A stretch of 64,000 nucleotides of DNA, taken from the sequence record KT321315.1; one strand, written 5' to 3'. The notes below the pieces were generated by a model, which was given only the letters and a program-made list of their open reading frames with translations, ran no database searches and was not told where the DNA came from. This document shows positions 39,578-48,745 of this stretch, in pieces. Source of the stretch: Enterobacter phage phiEap-3. The stretch's first letter is position 1. Every line of letters starts with the position of its first letter. Both the position numbers and the translations under genes were made by a program.

Positions 39578-40425
39578 GTTATTATGGTGTGATCCCATAC
39601 ACAGGAAACAAGCAAAAGCTACTTCCTGAATTGTTCAAATTATTTCCGGACAGAAACAGCTATATGCGATTCATTGACTGTTTTTGTGGTGGTTTGAGTG
39701 TGTCACTAAACGTCCCTAAACCCGTTCTAAGCAACGATTACGATCGGACGTTGATTGATATGTATAAGCGCCTTCAAATGCTTCCTGACCTCTCTCCGGT
39801 GCGAGAATTGATTAAACAACATGGGCTGGGTAAGAACGAGAAAGAAGCGTATCTCACATTTCGTGATGCATATAATAAGAACAAGGATCCGCTATGGCTC
39901 TATATTCTGATCCTGCATTCGTTTAGTAATGTTAATCGAACCAACGATAAAGGCGATTTTAACGCCAATTTTGGTTGTAGAACGTTGAATGATTCTACCG
40001 TTAAACGGTTTGAACACTTCAAAAACAATGTTCGGGGAATTGAATTCTCTAGCGCATCGTTTAAGGATCTTGATATCTGTTTGAATGATTTTGTGTACTG
40101 CGATCCGCCGTACCTGATCACTGATGCAGTTTATAACAAATTCTGGAACGAAGAACGCGAGCATGAATTATATGATTTTCTCGATAATTTAAACTCTGAT
40201 GGTATCAAGTTTGGTTTATCAAACGTGACACATCATGCAGGAAAGCAAAATGATATCCTGATCGAGTGGATGCAAAAATATAATGTGCATAACCTCGATA
40301 AAAAGTATCTGTTAGGCCAGCATACTGATTCTTACGAACAAAATAAAACGCAAGAAGTCTACGTGTGCAACTACCAGAAACGCGACGTAAATACATACCC
40401 TGAAACACTGGATGACTTAATGTAA
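39574..40425 (+). CDS. dam: DNA adenine methyltransferase (Dam, GATC)
   Basis: 'YTGNKQKLLPEL', 'FCGGLSVSLN', 'DPPY' and 'YNKFW' are collinear with T4 Dam. Confidence 0.9.
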   Translation: MSYYGVIPYTGNKQKLLPELFKLFPDRNSYMRFIDCFCGGLSVSLNVPKPVLSNDYDRTLIDMYKRLQMLPDLSPVRELIKQHGLGKNEKEAYLTFRDAYNKNKDPLWLYILILHSFSNVNRTNDKGDFNANFGCRTLNDSTVKRFEHFKNNVRGIEFSSASFKDLDICLNDFVYCDPPYLITDAVYNKFWNEEREHELYDFLDNLNSDGIKFGLSNVTHHAGKQNDILIEWMQKYNVHNLDKKYLLGQHTDSYEQNKTQEVYVCNYQKRDVNTYPETLDDLM

Positions 40426-40433
40426 GGTAACAT

Positions 40434-40709
40434 ATGTTTAAGATTTTTGGTTATATCCCTTCTGTTTACAATTGCGCTCCATGCCTGAATTCTAAACGTC
40501 TCCTGGACGCAAAACGAAAAGAATATGAGTTTGTTTCTGTAGCCGATGAAAAAGACGCAGACGGCAAACCGATCCTGAATGAAACGGTCATTTCTGAACT
40601 CGAAAGCCTGTTGGGTACTCGTAGACTGACCATGCCTCAAATTTTCCACGATGGTAAGCACATCGGCGGCTTTGACCAACTGCGTGAGTACGTTCGCACG
40701 TTGGGATAA
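40434..40709 (+). CDS. nrdC: Glutaredoxin (NrdC)
   Basis: 91 aa. 'MFKIFGY', 'LTMPQIFHDGKHIGGFDQLREY' and a CAPC active site; near-identical to T4 NrdC. Confidence 0.85.
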   Translation: MFKIFGYIPSVYNCAPCLNSKRLLDAKRKEYEFVSVADEKDADGKPILNETVISELESLLGTRRLTMPQIFHDGKHIGGFDQLREYVRTLG

Positions 40710-40740
40710 ATATTAACACCTTTATTTGATTGGTGTTATT

Positions 40741-41223
40741 ATGCTCACTAAACGTATTACTAAGAAAGATTATCCATCCATTAAACAAGCTCTTTTTGAA
40801 CAGCAAAACGGCTTGTGCGCGTTATGTGGTCGCCCTTTAGAGGGCGACCTTGAAAAACATCACCTTGACCATGATCATGCTCTATCTGGCTCTAATGCCG
40901 GACGTGTGCGCGGCCTCCTATGTAACCTATGCAACGGTACAGAAGGTATCGTAAAGCACAAATTCAATCGTTCGGGTCTGGTTTCCCGTGATGTTGATTA
41001 CATTGAATGGCTAGAAAGCCTGGTAGCATACCTCAAACGCGACTATTCACAAAACCGTATGCACGACAAATTTATACCCGATAAGGTTAAATGGTTTACA
41101 CGCCTGACTAAATCGGATATGATAGCCGAAATGATTTCTATGGGCTTTGAGTACTCAGAAACTGAGGATCGCAAGGCTTTAGCAAAGAGCTATAGAAGAC
41201 AATTAATGAAGGCAACCAAATGA
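40741..41223 (+). CDS. 49: Endonuclease VII (gene 49 Holliday junction resolvase)
   Basis: 'QNGLCALCGRPL', 'HLDHDH', 'GRVRGLLCNLCN', 'KHKFNRSGL' and 'DYIEWLE' are near-identical to T4 endo VII. The track start at 40726 is TTG. Confidence 0.9.
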   Translation: MLTKRITKKDYPSIKQALFEQQNGLCALCGRPLEGDLEKHHLDHDHALSGSNAGRVRGLLCNLCNGTEGIVKHKFNRSGLVSRDVDYIEWLESLVAYLKRDYSQNRMHDKFIPDKVKWFTRLTKSDMIAEMISMGFEYSETEDRKALAKSYRRQLMKATK

Positions 41224-43343
41224 AAGTAGAAAAACGCGACGGAACAATCGTCGATTTCGATCAAGAAAAAATTCGTAACGCAGTTTATAAAGCTGGCGGT
41301 ACAATGACGGATGAAGACAGTGCGATTATGCTTGTGTTGCGTAGTCAGATCCGCAACGGTAAAGCAATGAAGATTTCGCAAATTCAAGAACTTGTTGAAG
41401 AATCTTTGATGAAGACAAATCCGACTGTTGCCCGTGCATATATCGAATATCGTCATGATCGTGATATCGCCCGTGAACAAAACGGAAAATTATTCCGTGA
41501 TATCAAGGGTTTGATGACTCTTAGTAACAAAGAATTAACCAACGAAAACGCAAACAAAGATTCTCGCGTATTCCCGACTAAACGCGATCTTCTGGCGGGT
41601 ATCGTTTCTAAACACATGGCGCGTAACCATATTCTACCGAAACATATTGTAGCGGCGCATGATTCCGGTGATATTCATTATCACGATCTGGATTACAGCC
41701 CGTTCACCCCATACACTAACTGCTGTCTTGTTGACCTGAAAGGCATGTTAGAAAATGGGTTCCGGATGGGTAACGCTGATATCGAACCGCCCAAATCAAT
41801 CGGTGTTGCTACTGCTCTTATGGCTCAAATCACCGCACAGATTGCTTCTCACCAGTACGGCGGGACAACCTTTGCAAATGTCGATCAGGTGCTGGCCCCT
41901 TACGTTGAAATGACGTACAACAAACACTTTAAAGACGCTGTTTGGTATGGGGTTCCTAAATCAAAACAGTATGCGATGGAAAAAACAGAAAAGGATGTAT
42001 TCGATGCGTTCCAGTCATACGAATATGAAGTAAACACCTTACATACTGCAAATGGACAGACGCCTTTTGTCACAATCACTTTTGGTATGGGTACTGGTTG
42101 GCGCGAACGCATGATCCAGAAAGCAATTCTGAAAAACCGTATTCGTGGACTGGGTAAAAAGGGCATTACTCCTGTATTCCCAAAACTGGTTATGTTTATG
42201 GAAAAGGGGATTAACCTTAATCCGGAAGACAGAAACTATGATATTAAGAAATTGGCCCTGGAATGTTCTTCAAAGCGTATGTATCCGGATATTATTAGCG
42301 CGGCTAATAACCGTCGTATTACTGGCTCTAGCATTCCTGTATCTCCTATGGGTTGTCGTAGTTTCCTTAGCGTGTGGAATGATGAGCACGGTAATGAAAT
42401 TCTTGATGGACGTAATAACCTGGGCGTTGTGACAATCAACCTTCCTCGTATTGCGATTGAAGCCGAAGCACAGGAAGATGAAGACGCGCATGATGCATTT
42501 TGGCGTATCCTTGATGAACGTCTGGAACTGTGTTTTGAAGCTCTGATGACTCGTATTGATAGTCTCAGAGGGGTTAAAGCCAGTGTAGCCCCGATCCTTT
42601 ATACAGAGGGTGCGTTTGGTGTACGGTTGAAACCTGATGATGAAATTCTGGAACTGTTCAAAAATGGGCGTAGTTCTATCAGTCTCGGATACATCGGATT
42701 GCATGAAACTCTGATGCTTTTCGGATCTGGACAGCACCCATTCGACCGGATCGGTTCTCAGAACATGGGTAGACTGATCCTGGAATATCTACGCGCTGCG
42801 ACCGAAGCATGGAAAAAGAAAACCGGATTTGGGTTTAGTCTGTATTCAACCCCTGCTGAATCTCTATGTCATCGTTTCTGCAAACTGGACTATGAGAAAT
42901 TCGGAAGTATCAAAGGGATCACAGATAAAGGCTGGTACACTAACAGTTTTCATCTGGACGTTGACCGCAAGGTAACACCGTTCGAGAAAATCGACTATGA
43001 AGCCGATTATCATTACATTGCAACTGCTGGACATATCAGCTATGTAGAATTCCCTGATATGAAAAACAACCTGGAAGCCCTTGAAAAAGTCTGGGATTAT
43101 GCAATGGATAAACTGGACTACTTCGGAACTAACCTTCCGGTCGATAAATGCTTTGAATGTGGCTCTGATGATGAATTTAAGCCAACAGAAGACGGTTTTC
43201 ATTGTACCCATTGTGGGAATCAGGATCCGGAAAAAATGAGCGTCACGCGCCGTACATGCGGCTATTTGGGTGCTCCCGCTGTCCGTGGGTTCAACGAAGG
43301 TAAGAACAAAGAAATGATGCATCGTATTAAGCATCAAAATTAA
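41220..43343 (+). CDS. nrdD: Anaerobic ribonucleoside-triphosphate reductase NrdD (uninterrupted)
   Basis: 707 aa. N-terminal ATP cone. C-terminal glycyl-radical motif 'RRTCGYLG' with a Zn-ribbon 'CFECGSDD...CTHCGN'. No intron. Confidence 0.9.
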   Translation: MKVEKRDGTIVDFDQEKIRNAVYKAGGTMTDEDSAIMLVLRSQIRNGKAMKISQIQELVEESLMKTNPTVARAYIEYRHDRDIAREQNGKLFRDIKGLMTLSNKELTNENANKDSRVFPTKRDLLAGIVSKHMARNHILPKHIVAAHDSGDIHYHDLDYSPFTPYTNCCLVDLKGMLENGFRMGNADIEPPKSIGVATALMAQITAQIASHQYGGTTFANVDQVLAPYVEMTYNKHFKDAVWYGVPKSKQYAMEKTEKDVFDAFQSYEYEVNTLHTANGQTPFVTITFGMGTGWRERMIQKAILKNRIRGLGKKGITPVFPKLVMFMEKGINLNPEDRNYDIKKLALECSSKRMYPDIISAANNRRITGSSIPVSPMGCRSFLSVWNDEHGNEILDGRNNLGVVTINLPRIAIEAEAQEDEDAHDAFWRILDERLELCFEALMTRIDSLRGVKASVAPILYTEGAFGVRLKPDDEILELFKNGRSSISLGYIGLHETLMLFGSGQHPFDRIGSQNMGRLILEYLRAATEAWKKKTGFGFSLYSTPAESLCHRFCKLDYEKFGSIKGITDKGWYTNSFHLDVDRKVTPFEKIDYEADYHYIATAGHISYVEFPDMKNNLEALEKVWDYAMDKLDYFGTNLPVDKCFECGSDDEFKPTEDGFHCTHCGNQDPEKMSVTRRTCGYLGAPAVRGFNEGKNKEMMHRIKHQN

Positions 43344-43348
43344 TCAAA

Positions 43349-43378
43349 AAGCCCTTGACTTCGGTTGAGGGCTTTTGT
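43349..43378 (+). terminator. Terminator after nrdD (UUCG tetraloop)
   Basis: AGCCCTTGAC-TTCG-GTTGAGGGCT followed by TTTG. Confidence 0.6.
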
Positions 43379-43385
43379 TATATTG
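43355..43385 (+). promoter_or_regulatory. Promoter embedded in terminator hairpin (TTGACT-18-TATATT)
   Basis: The -35 lies in the hairpin stem and the -10 just 3' of the T-tract. Upstream of ORF 43410. Confidence 0.4.
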
Positions 43386-43409
43386 GGCCTATCGAAAAGG
43401 AGACATATT

Positions 43410-43652
43410 ATGAAACTGACTAAGAAAATGACCGATGTAGTGGCATGTGCGTTTGCATTAGGCTACAAAGTTGAAAATCATCCAACTCGCGTTGAAGTCA
43501 TCAACCCTATCAAGGGCCGTCCTGGTTTGGTTCTGTGTGAAGACGGTACAGCATATCGTAATGATGTCTCTTTAGAACTGGCAACTACTATCCGCACCGC
43601 AAAACAAATGAAAGATGTTCTCATTAGCGGCGCAAAATTGAGGGCTTTATGA
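43410..43652 (+). CDS. Hypothetical protein
   Basis: Internal ATG with an AAAAGGAGACATATTATG ribosome-binding site. Downstream of the composite terminator/promoter. Confidence 0.4.
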   Translation: MKLTKKMTDVVACAFALGYKVENHPTRVEVINPIKGRPGLVLCEDGTAYRNDVSLELATTIRTAKQMKDVLISGAKLRAL

Positions 43653-44146
43653 TGTATTGGACAAAAGATAAATTTGTTTTTCGTGATGATACGTGCTTTG
43701 GGACTGCATACCGAAACTTAGCTATTCGTGGCGGTTCGTTTTCTGCTAATGATTTGTCTAAGGTAGTATTCCCTATTAAAGTTACTGAGTATGACGTATT
43801 CGGTGTTAAAGGGTTTACTGATTACTTTGGTACAAAGTTTGAATCGGAATCTTACATTTTTACTAATAACGATCGTGAATTGTTCAAAAAACACGTTGTT
43901 GTTAAAGAGAAACCGCTATTACCAAAAGAAGATGAAGCAAAGGAAATCTATGATCTCCTGAATATGCTTGATAATCTCGGTACTTGTCATCTGTTCGGTA
44001 AACGCGCCCGTAAAGCGAAAGATGTTCTCAATCTGTTACGCTCTCGCCGTAATTACCTGATCCGGGAAGCGGAACGTAATCTGAAAAATTCAGAAAAACA
44101 AGTTGATTTTCATAAATCAACCCTTGCGAAATTAAAGGCTTTGTGA
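43649..44146 (+). CDS. Hypothetical protein
   Basis: 165 aa. ATGA-coupled. Confidence 0.45.
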   Translation: MMYWTKDKFVFRDDTCFGTAYRNLAIRGGSFSANDLSKVVFPIKVTEYDVFGVKGFTDYFGTKFESESYIFTNNDRELFKKHVVVKEKPLLPKEDEAKEIYDLLNMLDNLGTCHLFGKRARKAKDVLNLLRSRRNYLIREAERNLKNSEKQVDFHKSTLAKLKAL

Positions 44147-44352
44147 TGTTTCCGTTATATGCTAAAGTGCGTCGAAATGTCGGTGATTCATATCAGGAAT
44201 GGAGTGAATGGCTACGCGAAACAAAGTCATTCTACATTTCAAAAGCAACTGATATGAAAGGTCGTAATATTCGCTATCGTAAACCCAGTGGTAAACGAGT
44301 GAATGGGATAGATTACATTGTTCTTGATTCGATTCGGGATGATATAAAATGA
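44143..44352 (+). CDS. Hypothetical protein
   Basis: 69 aa. ATGA-coupled. Confidence 0.4.
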   Translation: MMFPLYAKVRRNVGDSYQEWSEWLRETKSFYISKATDMKGRNIRYRKPSGKRVNGIDYIVLDSIRDDIK

Positions 44353-44861
44353 TTAGCAAGATCCTTGATAAGTTATTTCCTTCCCGTATTGTTGAACGCG
44401 AGAAGAGACAAAATCGTTTTCAGAACGCTATTGACTATCTTGAAGAAATTCGATTTCAGAAATTCCTTGAAGATAAAAAGATGCGTGAAGATGAGAAGCA
44501 CCCAAATTCTAAAATGGCTGACGGTGTAACAAAATGCGCGGTTGGTCGGACGTGGAAACGAAAAGACTACAAGGATCTTGTTTCTGCGATACCACGCGGA
44601 AGCCTGGAAGATTACTCAAAAGCAACGGGCCGATCTTATACCGGATGTCTTAACAGACTCTGTATGATTGGTGTTGTTAAGAGAATGACTCCTACGTATA
44701 ATCATGTTTATATGGCTATCGTAAAGAAAAGAAGGTTGCAATTCTATGCAGCATCTGGGGAATCTATCAATCTAATTGATGATTTAATTGAAGTTGGGTA
44801 TGTAGACGACGGGAAATTTTTAAAAGCTCCTGATTATCTACGCGGTAAACTATTGAAATAG
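44349..44861 (+). CDS. Hypothetical protein
   Basis: 170 aa. ATGA-coupled. Confidence 0.45.
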   Translation: MISKILDKLFPSRIVEREKRQNRFQNAIDYLEEIRFQKFLEDKKMREDEKHPNSKMADGVTKCAVGRTWKRKDYKDLVSAIPRGSLEDYSKATGRSYTGCLNRLCMIGVVKRMTPTYNHVYMAIVKKRRLQFYAASGESINLIDDLIEVGYVDDGKFLKAPDYLRGKLLK

Positions 44862-44870
44862 GTATAAATT

Positions 44871-45122
44871 ATGATTTTCAACAAAGCAAATTCACGTAAT
44901 TTGAACTATCTACGCTGTGAACTGGAAGCTAACGAAATTGAACTGTTTTTCTGTGGGGCTACAGATCCGGAACACAAATTGCATTGGGTATCAGGTGAGA
45001 TTGTAAGCCTAACCGATCAGATTGTCGAAGAGGCTACCCGCCGCGATGCAATCGTTAAAATTGGTGCTGTTGATGTGAACTATGAAGGACATCCTTCATT
45101 TTTCATTCAATATTATCCATAA
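44871..45122 (+). CDS. Hypothetical protein
   Basis: 83 aa. Confidence 0.4.
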   Translation: MIFNKANSRNLNYLRCELEANEIELFFCGATDPEHKLHWVSGEIVSLTDQIVEEATRRDAIVKIGAVDVNYEGHPSFFIQYYP

Positions 45123-45127
45123 AAGTA

Positions 45128-45156
45128 TTGACCTGTATAACTGAATGTAGTAACAT
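45128..45156 (+). promoter_or_regulatory. Sigma70-like promoter (TTGACC-17-TAACAT)
   Basis: Upstream of gene 45162-45377. Confidence 0.35.
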
Positions 45157-45161
45157 CCTTC

Positions 45162-45377
45162 TTGTCAACTAAGGAGGATGTTATGAAAATCAAAAACACT
45201 GCTACTGAAACTCTTTGCAACGAAATTGCAGAAATGTACTGGAGTAAAGGTCACTTAGAGGCTATGAAAGAGTTTCAAAAGTGGTGTGATACCCAAAAGT
45301 TAGCTAAATGGGAATACATCGTTATTGTTGAACGGATCAAAGAACTGATCCTCGTGAAGAAAGGTAACATGAAATGA
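45162..45377 (+). CDS. Hypothetical protein
   Basis: 71 aa. Sigma70-like promoter 45128-45156. TAAGGAGGATGTTATG ribosome-binding site. Confidence 0.4.
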   Translation: MSTKEDVMKIKNTATETLCNEIAEMYWSKGHLEAMKEFQKWCDTQKLAKWEYIVIVERIKELILVKKGNMK

Positions 45378-45901
45378 TTCAACTGAAATTAGACACAAAT
45401 GCGGTGTTAAGCCTGTTTCCAGAAGGTTCAACCGCTCGCGTAGATCTCCAATCTGCTATCATCAAAAACGTGGTGAATAGCGTAGTTGGTAAGCGTGTTA
45501 GCGAAGAAATCAACAAACGGATCCAGGAACAGTTAGCTGTTCTAATGCCGAACTCATCCGAAATTACACAGGTCATCAAATCTGAATTCTCGGATTACGT
45601 CGAAAAACGTTATGGGTATTCTAATGTTTTCGATGTCAATTATGGCAATGTTCGCGAACTGTCTGGTAAAATCAAAGAATCGGTAAAACAGCAATGCCAA
45701 ACCATTCTTAAAGATATCGAGAAAGAGGCGATTGCTCATGCAACAGAAAACATTATTGCAGACGAAGCCGCGTTTATCGCTCGCGTCTCTAATCACCTGG
45801 AAGTTACTGTACGCAAAGCAGTAATGCAACGGGTTAACACTCAGTTCCCAGACATTATTGACGAAGCGATCAGAGAACGTCTGTTTGGTGAAAAAGCATG
45901 A
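45374..45901 (+). CDS. Hypothetical protein
   Basis: 175 aa. ATGA-coupled to nrdG. Confidence 0.45.
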   Translation: MIQLKLDTNAVLSLFPEGSTARVDLQSAIIKNVVNSVVGKRVSEEINKRIQEQLAVLMPNSSEITQVIKSEFSDYVEKRYGYSNVFDVNYGNVRELSGKIKESVKQQCQTILKDIEKEAIAHATENIIADEAAFIARVSNHLEVTVRKAVMQRVNTQFPDIIDEAIRERLFGEKA

Positions 45902-46389
45902 ATTACGACCGCATCTATAATATGGATGTGGTCAACGGAAAAGGGATCCGTGTTGTTTTGTTTGTGACTGGATGCAATCATAAATGCGAAGGTTGTTATA
46001 ACAAATCGACGTGGAACCCTTGCAACGGAACACCGTACACGGAAGAGACAGAAAACCATCTGATTTCTCTGTTGAGTAATCCGCATGTTGATGGACTTAC
46101 ATTAACTGGCGGCGATCCGCTTTACCGTGACAACTATCCTACTATCCTAAAACTGCTTGAGCGCGTTTCTAAGGAACTTCCAAAGAAAAACGTATGGTTA
46201 TGGACAGGATATACCCTGGAGGCTTTACAGGCCGACCCAGAACGTTCTAAGCTACTTCCTTACATTGATGTTCTGATTGATGGTAAGTATGAGAAAGATT
46301 TGCCAACGAAAAAGCCGTTTCGCGGTTCAGATAATCAACGTATGATCGAATTCGCTAAAAATTCGATAGAAATTAAAAATATTGCTTGA
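45898..46389 (+). CDS. nrdG: Anaerobic ribonucleotide reductase activase NrdG (radical SAM)
   Basis: 'CNHKCEGC' CxxxCxxC cluster. 163 aa versus 156 aa in T4. Confidence 0.85.
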   Translation: MNYDRIYNMDVVNGKGIRVVLFVTGCNHKCEGCYNKSTWNPCNGTPYTEETENHLISLLSNPHVDGLTLTGGDPLYRDNYPTILKLLERVSKELPKKNVWLWTGYTLEALQADPERSKLLPYIDVLIDGKYEKDLPTKKPFRGSDNQRMIEFAKNSIEIKNIA

Positions 46390-46458
46390 CCTAATGTGTA
46401 ACTATGGTAATCTTACCACATCGTAAATGACGATTAACTTTAATTGAGAGATAATATC

Positions 46459-47418
46459 ATGATCCTGAATTTCAAAACCCGTAAAGAAGCGCGTAACTAC
46501 TGCTGGAAGTGGAACATTCCCCTGAAAACCATCCGTAATACAGGGCGCGGTTCTTGCCCGTGGACAGTTCAAGCAAATGAACTGAAAACGTTCGTGGTTG
46601 GTAAAACTTACAAACTGGTTGACCGTGAAGGGTTTACTACCAATTCACACGGCGGATCTAACACCGCAAACACTATCCAGGCGAGACAGATCGAAAAATT
46701 CCTGAATAACGAGGTAAAAATTATCTCGAAAACCAATTCAGATACTTTCAAAATTGAGCATACTCCGGAAATGACTTTTAGCTCTCTGCGTTCGTGGGAA
46801 GCTCGTTATTTCGTCGAAGTTGGCGCGGCTCCGGTTAAGAAAACGAAAGCTAAACCGAAAAAAGTCAACGTTACGGCTCCGGTTGCACCTGTTGCACCAG
46901 TAACCGCAGATCTTGATCAAATGCTTGATGGTGGTTCGGCAATGTCGGTTGAACTGGATCCGACTAAATTTGTTGAAGGCCGTTCGTATGTTCTGGTTAA
47001 GCCACACCAGTTTAGAACACGTTGTAGCGCTAACCACTCGATCAAATCATATACCGATGAACACAGTAATGGTGTATACACCGTTTACCATACGAATAAT
47101 CTCAATCAACATCAATTGAGCAAAACGGTAGAAACCATTGATTCCCCGACCGGAAAAGTTGGTTACTATCTGGTTGATTCTGAACGTTCGTTCTTCCGTG
47201 AACTGGCGACCGGAACTGTTGATGAACCTGTTAGCGTTTCCGGTAATAGCGCTATCGCTATCAACGTAGACGAAGCGGCTAAGAAAGAAGAAATCGCAAA
47301 AGCAATGGCACAGCTTGAAGAAGCGGTTAAAACCCATGATGACGCGCTTCAAAATCTGCGTACTGCTTCCGACCTGGTTCGCAAAGCTGCTCGTAAAGTA
47401 GCAGAAGTAAGCAAGTAA
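46459..47418 (+). CDS. Hypothetical protein (Ala/Pro/Val linker 'APVAPVAPV', C-terminal coiled-coil)
   Basis: Internal ATG; the track start at 46444 is TTG. Followed by terminator 47427-47448. Confidence 0.5.
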   Translation: MILNFKTRKEARNYCWKWNIPLKTIRNTGRGSCPWTVQANELKTFVVGKTYKLVDREGFTTNSHGGSNTANTIQARQIEKFLNNEVKIISKTNSDTFKIEHTPEMTFSSLRSWEARYFVEVGAAPVKKTKAKPKKVNVTAPVAPVAPVTADLDQMLDGGSAMSVELDPTKFVEGRSYVLVKPHQFRTRCSANHSIKSYTDEHSNGVYTVYHTNNLNQHQLSKTVETIDSPTGKVGYYLVDSERSFFRELATGTVDEPVSVSGNSAIAINVDEAAKKEEIAKAMAQLEEAVKTHDDALQNLRTASDLVRKAARKVAEVSK

Positions 47419-47426
47419 ATTAAACT

Positions 47427-47448
47427 GGGTGCTCCGGCACCCTTTTTT
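47427..47448 (+). terminator. Rho-independent terminator
   Basis: GGGTGC-TCCG-GCACCC followed by TTTTTT. Confidence 0.75.
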
Positions 47449-47460
47449 ATGAGGTGACAC

Positions 47461-48129
47461 ATGGAATTATTAGCAGGTAAATCTTATACCCTGAACATCG
47501 ACGCTAAAGAATTTGCAGAAAAAACCTGGCGAAATGCTTTAGCTGAATTGATCAAAAACAACGGCTATATCACAATCGATCGTATTGCGATTGGTGATAC
47601 TGAGGACATTGCTTATGTTCTGCAAGATGATTTCGAATACGAGATCCCTAGCCATATCTGGAAATACTTCAAAGCATATGATTTGCCGGAAGAAGAACCG
47701 AAGATCGCTACTAAAGAAGAAGTCGCCGCGCCTGTTTTAAATTTTGTATCTTCCGATCCTAAAATGTGGATGACTGTAAAACCTGTTCAACAAGATATCA
47801 ATGATCTGCGATTTGATTATCCTTTTGTCAAGCGGATCACTTCGATTTCTGTACTACCAGCGCCGACTGATTCACAGGCACTTGAATTTGCATTACAGCA
47901 TGTTTTCGGTGATAATAAGCTGTACGCGATTGACAAGGAAGCTGCTATTGATGAACAGAAAAAGGAAATCATCAACCTTCTTTCTCTGCATCAACAACTT
48001 GAAGCGGTGGAATTGATTGAGCGTATGCTTTCTGATACAAAGAAAGATATCATTAGCAAAATCACTCCGGCACGAAGGAAAGCAATTGATGAAAATCGAG
48101 ATTTACGGTATTCCCGAATCGCTTCATAA
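47461..48129 (+). CDS. Hypothetical protein
   Basis: 222 aa. AGGTGACACATG ribosome-binding site. Confidence 0.45.
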   Translation: MELLAGKSYTLNIDAKEFAEKTWRNALAELIKNNGYITIDRIAIGDTEDIAYVLQDDFEYEIPSHIWKYFKAYDLPEEEPKIATKEEVAAPVLNFVSSDPKMWMTVKPVQQDINDLRFDYPFVKRITSISVLPAPTDSQALEFALQHVFGDNKLYAIDKEAAIDEQKKEIINLLSLHQQLEAVELIERMLSDTKKDIISKITPARRKAIDENRDLRYSRIAS

Positions 48130-48370
48130 ATGTTACGGCTGTATTGAAGCTCGGAAATTACTTGATGAGCATGGATTAGAATACGAATTTTATTCTGTTC
48201 TAAAGCCAGCAAATAACAGTGTGGGGTTTGATTACGATCGACCCCGCATTGAAGAGTTAGCGAAACGTGTTCGTAGTCGAAGCATGGCATTTACTTACCC
48301 TCGGATCTTTGTAGATGGTAATTTTATTGGCGGTTATATGCAATTGAAAGAGTATTTGGGTGAAGCATGA
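48089..48370 (+). CDS. Glutaredoxin-like protein (NrdH/Grx, CYGC active site)
   Basis: 'MKIEIYGIPESLHKCYGCIEARKLL...RIFVDGNFIGGYMQLKEY'. GAAGGAAAG ribosome-binding site. Start lies 41 nt inside the upstream ORF. Confidence 0.6.
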   Translation: MKIEIYGIPESLHKCYGCIEARKLLDEHGLEYEFYSVLKPANNSVGFDYDRPRIEELAKRVRSRSMAFTYPRIFVDGNFIGGYMQLKEYLGEA

Positions 48371-48666
48371 ATAAAGAATACATTCGCAAAGTAGCAAACG
48401 CTATTCACGCAACAACTATTGATTTTCTGGAAGGATTTGATCATATTATCCATCCCGAAACGTTGGATAGTTGGGAAGCCAAACTGTTTAAAAGCATCAA
48501 TGAACAGTTTCCGGAAAAAGTTAAACGCTGGTTTGTTAGACAGGAAATCGTAGCAACGATCCTTAATGAACGTGGTGTTGAGGCGTTCGGTGTAACCCCT
48601 CTATATAAACGAAACCAGATTACAGACGAAACAATCAAGAAATATAAAAAGATGGTTCGGAAGTAA
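48367..48666 (+). CDS. Hypothetical protein
   Basis: 99 aa. ATGA-coupled. Confidence 0.4.
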   Translation: MNKEYIRKVANAIHATTIDFLEGFDHIIHPETLDSWEAKLFKSINEQFPEKVKRWFVRQEIVATILNERGVEAFGVTPLYKRNQITDETIKKYKKMVRK

Positions 48667-48681
48667 TAAATAATCAGTTAA

Positions 48682-48702
48682 ATGGCCTTCGGGCCATTTT
48701 TT
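48682..48702 (+). terminator. Rho-independent terminator before gp34
   Basis: ATGGCC-TTCG-GGCCAT followed by TTTTT. Confidence 0.7.
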
Positions 48703-48705
48703 GTA

Positions 48706-48713
48706 TATAAATA
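48706..48713 (+). promoter_or_regulatory. T4-type late promoter TATAAATA (gene 34)
   Basis: Exact octamer after the terminator, ~33 nt before the gp34 ATG. Confidence 0.75.
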
Positions 48714-48745
48714 TTGGTATTGAATACAATATAGGAAAAAAGATA

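Noticed and set aside
41220-43343. Expected group I intron in nrdD (as in T4)
   Set aside because: The ORF is continuous at 707 aa, with the N-terminal cone and the C-terminal glycyl-radical motif in one frame. No intron is present.
46386-46414. TTGACC-16-TAATCT promoter-like sequence before ORF 46459
   Set aside because: The -10 is poor (3/6) and it overlaps the nrdG stop. It is kept only as a weak possibility.
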